From positions 19,923 through 83,922 of the IMG/VR virus record IMGVR_UViG_3300042521_003909: a stretch of 64,000 nucleotides of DNA, one strand, 5' to 3'. Positions 19,920 to 28,835 of this stretch are shown here, piece by piece. The stretch's first letter is position 1; every line of letters begins with the position of its first letter. The stretch is from a virus (Duplodnaviria; Caudoviricetes). The notes beneath the pieces are model-generated. The model saw nothing but the letters and a program-made list of their open reading frames with translations. It did not search any database and had not been told where the DNA came from. The position numbers were made by a program, and so were the translations under genes.

Positions 19920-20132
19920 ATGAATACTTGCAAAGCAATCGAACAGTTCATGAAAGAAAACGGCTTTTTCATTTCAAGAAAAGGCAAACACTTAGTTTGG
20001 AAGAATCGTGATGGAGCAACTGTGGTGACAAGCAAAACTCCATCAGACCACAGAACATTGAAAAACATAGAGTCATTAGTCAGAAAAATTAGACGGACAA
20101 ACAGTTTGGCTAGTTTAAAAAATGCGGCATAA
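19920..20132 (+). CDS. HicA-like small protein
   Basis: FMKENGF..RKGKHLVWKN..VVTSKTPSD resembles the HicA/dsRBD-like fold. Confidence 0.55.
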   Translation: MNTCKAIEQFMKENGFFISRKGKHLVWKNRDGATVVTSKTPSDHRTLKNIESLVRKIRRTNSLASLKNAA

Positions 20133-20173
20133 ATTTTCATTTTAAAAAGTGTCGGAAAAGTAGCATACACCTC

Positions 20174-20201
20174 TTGACAGCCCCCAACGGTTGCGTAAAC
20201 T
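20174..20201 (+). promoter_or_regulatory. sigma70-type promoter, leaderless
   Basis: TTGACA-16-TAAACT, ATG 6 nt downstream (20208). Confidence 0.55.
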
Positions 20202-20207
20202 ACCTCT

Positions 20208-20498
20208 ATGACACTTGCCACTTCTACGAAAAAGCCATCGAAGCACCACTACTTCATCCATTACAAGAAGGGTGACTACATCTCCACCAGAGATCTGCTG
20301 GAGGAGCGTTACGAAAGCGCCGTGTACGGATCAGGCATGTTCATCCAGACGGGAGCATTCGACATCCACCTGTACTGCACTTCACAGAAGTTCAGAAACA
20401 TCAAGCGGCTTCTCCATCGGAATGTCGTGAACAAGCTTGGGTCGCCCATTAGTTTCAACTACACCCGCCAGACTGCTGCCGAATACAACAAGAGATAA
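20208..20498 (+). CDS. Hypothetical protein, paralog of 22914..23183
   Basis: KKPxKxHY..GDY..LE..Y..GSG..FDxHxYCT shared. Confidence 0.65.
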   Translation: MTLATSTKKPSKHHYFIHYKKGDYISTRDLLEERYESAVYGSGMFIQTGAFDIHLYCTSQKFRNIKRLLHRNVVNKLGSPISFNYTRQTAAEYNKR

Positions 20499-20519
20499 TT
20501 CTGAAACAAGGAAACCACC

Positions 20520-21350
20520 ATGCCTGCCAAAAAGAAAAACAAGATCAATCCCATTCTTGCAAAGTTCTTTAAAGATGCTGTTCACAGCGACAACTTCTTA
20601 AAATTGATAGCCAAAAATTTTGCAGAGATTGATTTCTCCTATTACTCCAACAAGCTGGATGAGCCTTTTGTGTTTTGCCTTCTGGACCTTGTGAACTGCA
20701 AGGACAAGAAGATGAAGGAGATCGCATACAATGTTGCTCAGCAATCGCTGTCGAAGCGGTGCATCGACAAGGCTCTTGCGTCCAAAGATTGCCGTCTCAT
20801 GTGTATGGCTATCGAAAATGCTCGTCTGACAAAGGAGCAGGAACTCATTTGCATGACCTGCGAGTATGAGGATGTGCGGGGAACTGCTGCAGACAGTTGT
20901 CACGCGAGCAAGACGGTTTTGGGGCTTGCGCTTCAGGACGCTTCCCGGAGGGTCCGCATGGAGGCAGTAAGTAACTCCGAGATGCTCAATTACAGTGATT
21001 TGGCTGTTCAGGCTCTTAGCAGTCGTTCTCCAGATATTCGCACATCCATCACAAAATACGCCTGTTGGAGCAAGACGGTGTGCGGTGCTGATGTTCACAA
21101 GGCTGCATTGGTCAGCAAATGGACCGATGTCCGCATTGAGATCGCTGAAAGTTCCGTGTACCTCACGGAGGGTCAGTGGCATACTCTTCTGGAAGACCCC
21201 AACAAAAATGTTCGCAAGGCAGCGCGTAAGCACCCGAACGCAAAGAAGTGGAAAGATCCTCTTCGCGCTCTTCTCCGCAAGGCTCGTGCTGCGCGCAAGG
21301 CGGGCAAAGTGGTCATCGAATCCCCCGCAGCAGAACCCATTGCCGACTGA
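20520..21350 (+). CDS. HEAT-like repeat protein with DPLRALLRKAR tail
   Basis: Repeated D..VR..A units. Confidence 0.7.
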   Translation: MPAKKKNKINPILAKFFKDAVHSDNFLKLIAKNFAEIDFSYYSNKLDEPFVFCLLDLVNCKDKKMKEIAYNVAQQSLSKRCIDKALASKDCRLMCMAIENARLTKEQELICMTCEYEDVRGTAADSCHASKTVLGLALQDASRRVRMEAVSNSEMLNYSDLAVQALSSRSPDIRTSITKYACWSKTVCGADVHKAALVSKWTDVRIEIAESSVYLTEGQWHTLLEDPNKNVRKAARKHPNAKKWKDPLRALLRKARAARKAGKVVIESPAAEPIAD

Positions 21351-21358
21351 GGAGTCCC

Positions 21359-21580
21359 ATGGATTTCGACATGAACAGACCGACATCTTCCACCCGTGCA
21401 GATTTCATTCGTGATCTGCGAGAAATTGCTGCCGAAGCAAAAAATGGCGCAGATTTGGAAGACTGCCGTAAGCGAGCAGAAGAAGTTCTATGGAAATTGG
21501 CGAGGCTTGGCATCTACCCACATCCAACACACACCGAGTGGTTTCAGCCAATCTCCAAAGCATTGGGCTGGGATGATTAA
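21359..21580 (+). CDS. Hypothetical protein
   Basis: GAGGAG RBS overlapping the previous stop. Confidence 0.5.
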   Translation: MDFDMNRPTSSTRADFIRDLREIAAEAKNGADLEDCRKRAEEVLWKLARLGIYPHPTHTEWFQPISKALGWDD

Positions 21581-21618
21581 ACATAAATATTCTTTTGAAG
21601 TGAAAGGAATCACGCAAG

Positions 21619-21996
21619 ATGGCACTTGAACCAAAGCCACAGGAAATAAGGCTGAGACACATCAACGAGTCACTTTCTGAGGCAATCAGATATTTTGATC
21701 CAGACAGATGGTATGAACATCGTCTTCTGATGCTTCAAATGAAGGACATGATTGACGAACTCGTGTCTCAACGCGACGATGCGAGGGAGCAGGAAGAGCG
21801 CTTTTCCGATGATGCCCTGCGCCTGATGGAGGAGCGCAATCAGGCGCTGAAGGAGCGTGACGAGGCAAGACGAGAAGTTGCCCAGTCGCAAGCGCAGTAC
21901 AACTCCCTCATGTTTGACAATTCTCGTTTACACGATCCTCATGCCATTGCTGAGTCAAGGGGCTGGGACTGCTTCAAGAAAGATGACGGTAAGTGA
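21619..21996 (+). CDS. Coiled-coil hypothetical protein
   Basis: ERDEARRE..RGWDCF. Confidence 0.6.
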   Translation: MALEPKPQEIRLRHINESLSEAIRYFDPDRWYEHRLLMLQMKDMIDELVSQRDDAREQEERFSDDALRLMEERNQALKERDEARREVAQSQAQYNSLMFDNSRLHDPHAIAESRGWDCFKKDDGK

Positions 21997-22132
21997 AGAT
22001 AAGTCCCCAAACTCTTGATCTATTGGATTTGTTGTGGCTCAACTTCATGATTCTGACCTTTATTGCTTTTCTGTGTGTCGGCATTGCCATCGGCATGACA
22101 GAGATTGAGATACACGAAATGAGGAATTTCAA

Positions 22133-22507
22133 GTGAGCAAGAAGTATCGCAAGGCGACAAATGACATTGTGGAAGGCGCGTTTACTGCTTCTCACTCCCG
22201 TAGCGAACGAATGCTGTCAAAGTGCATGAGAGATCCGCATCCCTTGATCCGTTTTGCGGCGGCAGGAAATCCAAACGCCACGGCAAAAATACTCCGATTG
22301 GCAATGGCAGATCCGTGTCCAGAAGTTCGTGGAGCAGCCGCTTCCAATGGAAGGATCAGCCGTTCTCTGTGGAATGAAGCTGCCATTGACTCCAGCAAGC
22401 TTGTTCGCTCCGAAGCAGCAGCAAACGCCAAGGCAATCAGGAGTGGATGGAATGATCCACTTCACTCCTTGCTCTACAGTGCTAAAAAGAAAAAATTGAA
22501 GAAGTAA
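22133..22507 (+). CDS. LRV/HEAT-repeat protein with DPLHSLLYSAK tail
   Basis: IRFAAAGNPNAT, VRGAAASN and VRSEAAAN repeats. Confidence 0.7.
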   Translation: MSKKYRKATNDIVEGAFTASHSRSERMLSKCMRDPHPLIRFAAAGNPNATAKILRLAMADPCPEVRGAAASNGRISRSLWNEAAIDSSKLVRSEAAANAKAIRSGWNDPLHSLLYSAKKKKLKK

Positions 22508-22550
22508 TCTTTATCTTTTATGTAATCTATGTCAAAGTAGCGTACTATAC

Positions 22551-22579
22551 TTGACGGCGCTAGCCTCTTGTGCTACCAT
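22551..22579 (+). promoter_or_regulatory. sigma70-type promoter
   Basis: TTGACG-17-TACCAT just before ATG. Confidence 0.45.
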
Positions 22580-22582
22580 ACG

Positions 22583-22894
22583 ATGAGCATGGCTAAGAAC
22601 AGTACTCCTGAAGAACTCCTGAAAGACTTAGGCAGTAAGAATGGTTATGTCCGCTGTGCTGCTGCGGAGCATCCCAATGCTACTCCCGAAGTCCTGCTGA
22701 AGGCAATCGAAGACAGGTCTGTTCGTGTGCGCCGCCATGCTGCCCGGAATCCCAATGCCACTCCCGAAGTACTCCTGAAGGCAATTGGAGACAAGGATTG
22801 GTCCGTTTGCAGCGCTGCTCAAGAGAGTTTACAAAACGATCCCCTTCTTCAACTCCAAGTCTCTGCTCTGAAGGCACAGAAAGCCGCCTCTTAA
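22583..22894 (+). CDS. LRV/HEAT-repeat protein
   Basis: 24-aa VRxxAAxNPNATPEVLLKAIxD repeats; DPLLQLQVSALK tail. Confidence 0.8.
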   Translation: MSMAKNSTPEELLKDLGSKNGYVRCAAAEHPNATPEVLLKAIEDRSVRVRRHAARNPNATPEVLLKAIGDKDWSVCSAAQESLQNDPLLQLQVSALKAQKAAS

Positions 22895-22913
22895 GAAAAT
22901 TAAGGAAAACAAA

Positions 22914-23183
22914 ATGACTAATAAAATCAAGACCAAGAAGCCGATCAAGTACCACTACATTTTCTTTTACAGCCGTGGAGATTATTTTGATATTTCTCAT
23001 GCACTTGAAGATTTTTACCAGCCATATTTTTGCGGGAGTGGCTGTGGAGGGAGTGGATTTGATGTCCACTTTTACTGCACCGCCAAGGAATACAAGCGCA
23101 TTGTAGCGTTTGCCCGTCGCAATTATGGCAAGATCAAGAGCGTCATTCGTTATACCGATGAAGCCTTTAATGGAGATAGCTGA
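22914..23183 (+). CDS. Hypothetical protein, paralog of 20208..20498
   Basis: Same motifs as 20208..20498. Confidence 0.65.
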   Translation: MTNKIKTKKPIKYHYIFFYSRGDYFDISHALEDFYQPYFCGSGCGGSGFDVHFYCTAKEYKRIVAFARRNYGKIKSVIRYTDEAFNGDS

Positions 23184-23184
23184 C

Positions 23185-23721
23185 ATGGCTACTTATACTC
23201 CTGAAGAACTCCTGAAAGACCTAGACAGCAATGATCGCGTTGTCCGCTATTGTGCTGCCGGGAATCCCAATGCCTCTCCCGAAGTCCTGTTGAAGGCAAT
23301 GGAAGACGATTATAAGGAAGTTCGCTGGAAGGCTGCCGATAATCCTAATGCCACTCCCGAAGTCCTGATGAAGGCAATGAAAGACAAGGAATACAGTGTC
23401 CGCTATGCTGCTGCCGGGAATCCCAATGCCACTCCCGAAATTTTGCTTAAGGCAATTGGAGACAAGAATTCGGATGTCCGCTATAATGCTGCGGAGAATC
23501 CCAACGCCTCCCCTGAAGTCCTGCTGAAGGCAATTGGAGACAGGTTTGTTAAGATCCGTGAGGCTGCTGCGTATCATCCCAATGCCACTCCCGAAATTTT
23601 GCTTAAGGCAATTGGAGACAAGAATTCGGATGTTCGCAGCGCTGCTCAAGAGAGTTTACAAAACGATCCCATTCTTCAACTCCAAGTCGCTTCTCTCAAG
23701 ACACAGAAAGTCGCCTCTTAA
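23185..23721 (+). CDS. LRV/HEAT-repeat protein
   Basis: About seven 24-aa repeats, with a near-exact internal DNA duplication; DPILQLQVASLK tail. Confidence 0.85.
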   Translation: MATYTPEELLKDLDSNDRVVRYCAAGNPNASPEVLLKAMEDDYKEVRWKAADNPNATPEVLMKAMKDKEYSVRYAAAGNPNATPEILLKAIGDKNSDVRYNAAENPNASPEVLLKAIGDRFVKIREAAAYHPNATPEILLKAIGDKNSDVRSAAQESLQNDPILQLQVASLKTQKVAS

Positions 23722-23835
23722 GAAAATTCGGGCAAACAAGTAATTGTACCTCAATTACGCACACATCACAATATGTAGATAATCGTACCTTAAAAAACTT
23801 AAAAATTACTCTTAAACCTTAAAAACCTTTCACCC

Positions 23836-24276
23836 ATGCCCACATCACAAAAAGAACAGCCTCCGTATCTGCGTTACCCAGAGGGAGTAGACGTTTCTGT
23901 GACGGTGTACAGGAATCTCCACAAGGCGTGTTGGTCGGTGAAAGACAGGTACACAGGAAAGGTGATTGCCCTTCTGGAGGAAGTTCTTCTGTCTGGTGGA
24001 GTAACTTTTCATGTTTCTTCAGCAGGGCGCGAACGTGTTCTCGCCCAAAGGGTGAAGAATGTTCACGCAGGAGTGCGTGGGCGGTGGAAAACTGCCAAGA
24101 TTCCTCCGCTCTTTACCCTTGACAGTCCACGAAGAGTACGCTACAATCCGTATACTCATCCGTACTTCACCGATGAGGATACGTCACCTGTCTCTTCTGC
24201 TCACTCCGTTCACTTTCGTCGTGATGGCTCCGTATGGGCAACGGGAATCCCCCACACCTCCAATGACGCATCTTAA
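23836..24276 (+). CDS. Conserved phage hypothetical protein
   Basis: VYRNLHK..WSV..GRERV..KNVHAGV..YNPY pattern. Confidence 0.7.
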   Translation: MPTSQKEQPPYLRYPEGVDVSVTVYRNLHKACWSVKDRYTGKVIALLEEVLLSGGVTFHVSSAGRERVLAQRVKNVHAGVRGRWKTAKIPPLFTLDSPRRVRYNPYTHPYFTDEDTSPVSSAHSVHFRRDGSVWATGIPHTSNDAS

Positions 24277-24299
24277 GAAAATTCGGGCAGGAAAACAAG

Positions 24300-24680
24300 A
24301 TGACTACCAAGACTACCAATAAACTCCTGAAAGACCTAGACAACAAGGATGAAGATGTCCGCAGTTTTGCTGCCAAGCATCCCAATGCCACTCCTGAAGT
24401 CCTCCTGAAGGCAATGGGTGACGAGTATTGCTGGGTCCGCTATTATGCTGCCAAGAATCCCAATGCCACTCCTGAAATTCTGCGGAAGGCAATGGAGGAT
24501 GAAGATGAAGGTATCCGCAGTGGTGCTGCCCTGAATCCTAATGTCACTCCCGAAATCATGCTGAAGGCTCTGGAAGATAAGATTGAGCAAGTCCGCAGTG
24601 CTGCTCAAGAGAGGTTACAAAAGGATCCCATTCTTAAACTCCAGGTCGCTGCTCTGAAGGCACAGAAAGCCGCCTCTTAA
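24300..24680 (+). CDS. LRV/HEAT-repeat protein
   Basis: 24-aa repeats; DPILKLQVAALK tail. Confidence 0.85.
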   Translation: MTTKTTNKLLKDLDNKDEDVRSFAAKHPNATPEVLLKAMGDEYCWVRYYAAKNPNATPEILRKAMEDEDEGIRSGAALNPNVTPEIMLKALEDKIEQVRSAAQERLQKDPILKLQVAALKAQKAAS

Positions 24681-24699
24681 GAAAATTCGGGCAAACAAA

Positions 24700-25800
24700 A
24701 TGACTACCACAAACGACACCACCCAAGAGAAAACTCCCACCACAAAGGAGTTTCTCAATATCTTAAAGGGAATGAATGAAGATCACCACATGTGGGTTGC
24801 ACAACATCCCCGTGTGCCCCCAGAAGTCCTTAGGAAAATCCTCAAGTACTCCACCTTTTCATTGAAGGTTCGTGCTGCTGCTGCCAAGAATCCCAATGCA
24901 ACTCCTGAAGTTCTCATGGAAGGCGTCAAGAGGTACGATACGACCCTTCCGTGTCTGGAGAATCCCAATGCGAATGGGGATGTGTTCTCCAAGGCAATGG
25001 AATCACGGAGAATTTGCTCATACGACATGTGCGCCATCCTGAAGCACCCCAATGTCACCTTCGACTTTCTCCTCCGTTCTCTGAAGCATCCGAATCCCGA
25101 AGTGGGCTTGTCGTTAGTCTATGCTATTTCAGGTATCCGTAATCCATTCCGCAAGGAGAAGTTCAAGCCCATTGTTGAAAAAGCTCTCAAGAGCAGACTT
25201 AAGCAAACGCGCTACATTGCGAATAGTGTTCTCCAAGACTGGGAGAAACAAGGGTATCTTCACAAACTGGATCGTAGTGAATTCGACAACGATACCCAAA
25301 TGCTCCAATACGATCTCCGGCGTTTCCAGAGGAATGAGTACAACCGCAGTGGATGGAACATTCCAAAAGAACTTCTCAGCGCAATCGCTTCAGAAGCAGC
25401 CACAGAAAGCGTTCTTCTCAGCATCGTGAGTGGGCCGCAATACCATGTGTGGATCAGAAGGGCAGCACTGGAGGGTCCAAATGTCACGGAGAGGGTGCTG
25501 ATGGAGGCAGCGTCACACTTTCCCAGCCTTAGCGTAGACGATTGGAAAACCCCCTATGACATCCTGAATCATCCCAAATGCACCGCAGAGGTTGCTCGCA
25601 AGGTGGGGGATGGATGCGATCATCACATTCTCAATTACATCATCCAGCACGTAAAGCGCATGGGAATCATGGCTCCCACCCATCCCAATTTAGTCCTGTT
25701 GGAGGAGGTTTTGAGGACCAAAACTCCAGACCCCTTCGGACCATCGCTCACTTTCTGCATCCGTAACGACTATGAGCACCCATACCCCCCTCCCTCTTAA
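24700..25800 (+). CDS. Degenerate LRV/HEAT-repeat protein
   Basis: NPNATPEVL, HPNVT and GPNVTERVL remnants. Confidence 0.7.
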   Translation: MTTTNDTTQEKTPTTKEFLNILKGMNEDHHMWVAQHPRVPPEVLRKILKYSTFSLKVRAAAAKNPNATPEVLMEGVKRYDTTLPCLENPNANGDVFSKAMESRRICSYDMCAILKHPNVTFDFLLRSLKHPNPEVGLSLVYAISGIRNPFRKEKFKPIVEKALKSRLKQTRYIANSVLQDWEKQGYLHKLDRSEFDNDTQMLQYDLRRFQRNEYNRSGWNIPKELLSAIASEAATESVLLSIVSGPQYHVWIRRAALEGPNVTERVLMEAASHFPSLSVDDWKTPYDILNHPKCTAEVARKVGDGCDHHILNYIIQHVKRMGIMAPTHPNLVLLEEVLRTKTPDPFGPSLTFCIRNDYEHPYPPPS

Positions 25801-25806
25801 CTTCAT

Positions 25807-25866
25807 ACCCCCCGTATTTTAGAGTCTAGACCCCCCGTATTTTAGAGTCTAGACCCCCCGTATTTT
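25807..25866. repeat. 23-bp tandem repeat, about 2.6 copies
   Basis: ACCCCCCGTATTTTAGAGTCTAG at 25807 and 25830, partial at 25853. Confidence 0.9.
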
Positions 25867-26047
25867 TAACCTTATTTGCCACCCATCTGCGTTATAAGAA
25901 AATTCGTTTTAAGAAAATTCGGTTCCCCACTTCTCTCCACAATGCCCCACACTGCTACACACTTCATCACACTTATAACAAAATTACTACCCACTGTAGC
26001 CACTTTTTGCAGAGGAGAAGGCACCTGACGATGGGAAACATAACTAC

Positions 26048-26710
26048 ATGAACTGGTACTCCATTACAAAATTAGCTGACTCCCTTTCCTCTATGGACAA
26101 CGACGAACTCTGGGCATGGATTCGTGAGCACGGTCCTCGTGATCGTGTTGGGCCAATGGAAGGCGGTGAGGAATACGGCAGACGCCGTTTCTTTACGAGT
26201 CGTTACGGCTGGGCTGTTCCCAGTCGTGGGGCACTGGAGGAGTTGAAGGCGTGGCTGGGCGGCAACAAGGTGATTGAAGTAGGTGCTGGCCGTGGTCTAT
26301 GGGCTCGTTTGCTTCGGGACATGGAGGTAACGGTGGAGGCTTCTGACGTTCATGCTGCGGAGAAGAATTCGTTCCTAAAGGAGCGTTTTGACACGGAGGG
26401 GGAAGGCTCCTCCCATACGTGGACGGATGTGGTGCAGCGTTCTGGGGAGGATCACGCTGGGGAAGGGGCTGGAGGAGACGCACTGATGATGGTGTGGCCG
26501 TACATGGATACAGAGGTGGACTGGCAAGCGGAGGCACTGAAGCGCTTTGGTGGGGACAAGCTGATTCTTGTGGGAGAGGGGAGTGGTGGAGCCACTGGTT
26601 CCACTGGGTTATGGAGTGCTGTGGAGAGGGAGTGGGTTTACGATGGCGAGATTGACATTCCCAGGTGGCAGGGAATGCACGACTGGGTACAACTTTATCG
26701 CAGAAAGTAG
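26048..26710 (+). CDS. Class I SAM-dependent methyltransferase-like protein, MNWY N-terminus
   Basis: VIEVGAGRGLWA motif I; ASD; LMMVWP; ILVGE. Confidence 0.7.
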   Translation: MNWYSITKLADSLSSMDNDELWAWIREHGPRDRVGPMEGGEEYGRRRFFTSRYGWAVPSRGALEELKAWLGGNKVIEVGAGRGLWARLLRDMEVTVEASDVHAAEKNSFLKERFDTEGEGSSHTWTDVVQRSGEDHAGEGAGGDALMMVWPYMDTEVDWQAEALKRFGGDKLILVGEGSGGATGSTGLWSAVEREWVYDGEIDIPRWQGMHDWVQLYRRK

Positions 26711-26805
26711 AAAGTTTTTTGGGCACTGGGTATGCCCAGACGGATATTAAAGTGAGTTCCCTCGGGGGAACTCATGTTTGGCGAGTAGGCTTCTCGTTTA
26801 AAAAA

Positions 26806-26880
26806 GGCCCTGTCGTCTAGCCTGGTCTAGGACACCTCCCTTTCACGGAGGTAACAGGGGTTCGAATCCCCTCAGGGTCA
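26806..26880 (+). tRNA. tRNA-Glu(TTC)
   Basis: GGCCCTG..CAGGGTC; CCTCC-CTTTCAC-GGAGG. Confidence 0.93.
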
Positions 26881-26901
26881 CTTCTTAAGAAAATAGAGAT
26901 C

Positions 26902-27615
26902 ATGACGACACGTCTTGTTCACGCATCGGACATTCTGGTGTGTTCTTGGAGTCGTCCTTTTGACGGTTCGTACTGGGAAGACATTCATCCTCTTCATCGT
27001 GACCGTTGGGGGATGCCTACGGAGACTCGTGGGCGTCATCTTCGTTGGCAGGGAGAGGCTGTCTGGGGCTGGATGTTGTCTCCGCAGCACATGGGCGTGA
27101 TTGATCTTTTTGACAGGTTGGGGGCCCGCAAGCACCGTGAGTGGCTTGAGGGTGGTCCTGTTTTAAGCAAACGGGCTGAAACGTGGTTGTGTGCGTGGGG
27201 TGCTGAGGCGTTTGGGTCGTGGGACTGGGGGTCTTTGTGGACACGTGGTCAGCGGCAGAACGAGACGAAGATTCGTCGTTTTCCTCCTCCTGGGATTCGT
27301 TGGGCACTGGGGGTGATGGGATCAAAGTGGTGGAGTGACAGGATGGGTTTGGAGGATCGCTTTCTGCGTCCTGCCCAATTTTTTATTCACGAGAGGGCGA
27401 AGCGGGTGCGGCACTGCGGCCCAGATCGTGACTTTCGTCTTCGCAGGGTGGGACTTCACGGGGGTAACCAGGTTGGGTTTGCGCTGGAGTTGCTGCGTGA
27501 AAAAGAAGATTCCCCCATTACTGTCAAGCGCTTTGAGACGTTTGCTGCGAGGTTCTGGGGGGAAGAGCACCGCAAGGAAGCAATGGGGGGAATCCGGGAA
27601 AGAAAATGTGAGTGA
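26902..27615 (+). CDS. Trp/Arg-rich hypothetical protein
   Basis: 237-aa ORF in a G-rich stretch. Confidence 0.45.
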   Translation: MTTRLVHASDILVCSWSRPFDGSYWEDIHPLHRDRWGMPTETRGRHLRWQGEAVWGWMLSPQHMGVIDLFDRLGARKHREWLEGGPVLSKRAETWLCAWGAEAFGSWDWGSLWTRGQRQNETKIRRFPPPGIRWALGVMGSKWWSDRMGLEDRFLRPAQFFIHERAKRVRHCGPDRDFRLRRVGLHGGNQVGFALELLREKEDSPITVKRFETFAARFWGEEHRKEAMGGIRERKCE

Positions 27616-27717
27616 AAGGGATCTCTCGTAATCCCCTAGCGAGAAGGGGAAGCACCCGAAGGTGGTGTCCGAGAGAATCCTATTCGCTCGTTGGTCAGTA
27701 TTAACTGGCCGAAGTAT

Positions 27718-28749
27718 TTATCGGCAAGGATGAAGAAGGGCGAGGAAGTCTTGGGCAGTTTTTTCCCAAGTATTTCCTTCAGCATGGGAAATTGCGTCTT
27801 TGGGTGCGCAATGGATGCTTGCCATCTGCACTGCAAACTTCAGTGATTCAAAGGAAGTGTCGTGTGCGATGTACCCATTCTTCCCGTTTTTAATCCAGTC
27901 TTTTGGTCCTGTGACTGGGTATCCCACGACGGGAAGACCACATGCATTGGCTTCCAGCATGACTAAACCAAAAGTGTCAGCCTTGGAAGGGAACACGAAT
28001 ATGTCTGCTTCACGTAGAGCTCTACCAACGTCTGCTGGAGGCATAGAGCCAGTGAAATTAACTTTTGGATAATTTCTTTTAAGAGTATCCAGATACGACC
28101 CACCGCCAACGAGTGTGCACGAGTAGCCGTGTCCTGAAAGGGCGCAAAAGTCTTCTAGGTTCTTTTCACAATGGGCTCTCGACACACAAATAAGGCGCCT
28201 GGTGCCCATCTTGAGAGCATTGCGCTTCCATGCAGGGGGTGAAAAGTGGGCACTGTCTACCCCACGGCCCCACACGTGGATCTTGCCTGCAGGAGACAGC
28301 AGATAGTCAAGGGAGATGAGTTCTCCCTTCATGGAGCGGGTGGGTACGAAAATTCCTTTGGAGAGGCTGTGGAAGTAGCGCAGGTATGATCTGGTCAGAC
28401 CTATGGGGATTCCGTACCACTGGTTTAAAATCTCTGGAAACTTTGTGTGATATCCTGTTGTGAACGGTAGCTCGAGCTTTGCGCATGCTCGTCTGGCACT
28501 GAAACCCAAAGTACCTTCAGTGAAAATGTGAACCCTGTCAGGTTTGAACCTGGCGATCTTCTTCTTAAGAAACGGGTAACACAGCTTTACCCCTCCAGAT
28601 CCTGGGATGGTGACTCCCCAAAAGAGTCCTGGATGAAAAAGTAGGACTTCATGACCAAGCTGGTTTAGCTCTTTGTGTACATTTTTAACGGTAGTGCAAA
28701 CCCCGTTGATCTGGGGTTCCCAGGCGTCGGTGACCAGTAGTATTCGCAT
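27718..28749 (-). CDS. GT4 glycosyltransferase, Agt-like (putative diacylglycerol glycosyltransferase)
   Basis: MRILLVTDAWEPQINGV, YHTKFPE, WGRGVD, FPSKADTFGLVMLEANACGLPV; adjacent to a PlcP-like gene. Confidence 0.85.
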   Translation of the reverse strand: MRILLVTDAWEPQINGVCTTVKNVHKELNQLGHEVLLFHPGLFWGVTIPGSGGVKLCYPFLKKKIARFKPDRVHIFTEGTLGFSARRACAKLELPFTTGYHTKFPEILNQWYGIPIGLTRSYLRYFHSLSKGIFVPTRSMKGELISLDYLLSPAGKIHVWGRGVDSAHFSPPAWKRNALKMGTRRLICVSRAHCEKNLEDFCALSGHGYSCTLVGGGSYLDTLKRNYPKVNFTGSMPPADVGRALREADIFVFPSKADTFGLVMLEANACGLPVVGYPVTGPKDWIKNGKNGYIAHDTSFESLKFAVQMASIHCAPKDAISHAEGNTWEKTAQDFLALLHPCR

Positions 28750-28767
28750 AGGTAAACCCCTTTTTAA

Positions 28768-28796
28768 AATGAATTTCTATTGTATAGAAATTCATT
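28768..28796. promoter_or_regulatory. Palindromic operator-like site, copy 1
   Basis: AATGAATTTCTAT-TGT-ATAGAAATTCATT, upstream of the GT4 start. Confidence 0.65.
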
Positions 28797-28835
28797 CAAA
28801 GAACGGGTACATCCTTCTTTTTTCTTCCCCGAATT

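Larger units (their letters stand above)
22891..25922 (+). repeat. Gene-junction repeat (T)TAAGAAAATT(CGGGCA)
   Basis: Copies at 22891, 23718, 24273 and 24677 (each containing the TAA stop of the upstream gene), 25895 and 25909; partial at 26885. Confidence 0.75.

Noticed and set aside
22583-24680. Diversity-generating retroelement acting on the LRV repeats
   Set aside because: No reverse transcriptase in the window, and differences between repeats are not confined to adenines
25807-25866. Mini-CRISPR
   Set aside because: Head-to-tail identical 23-mers with no unique spacers
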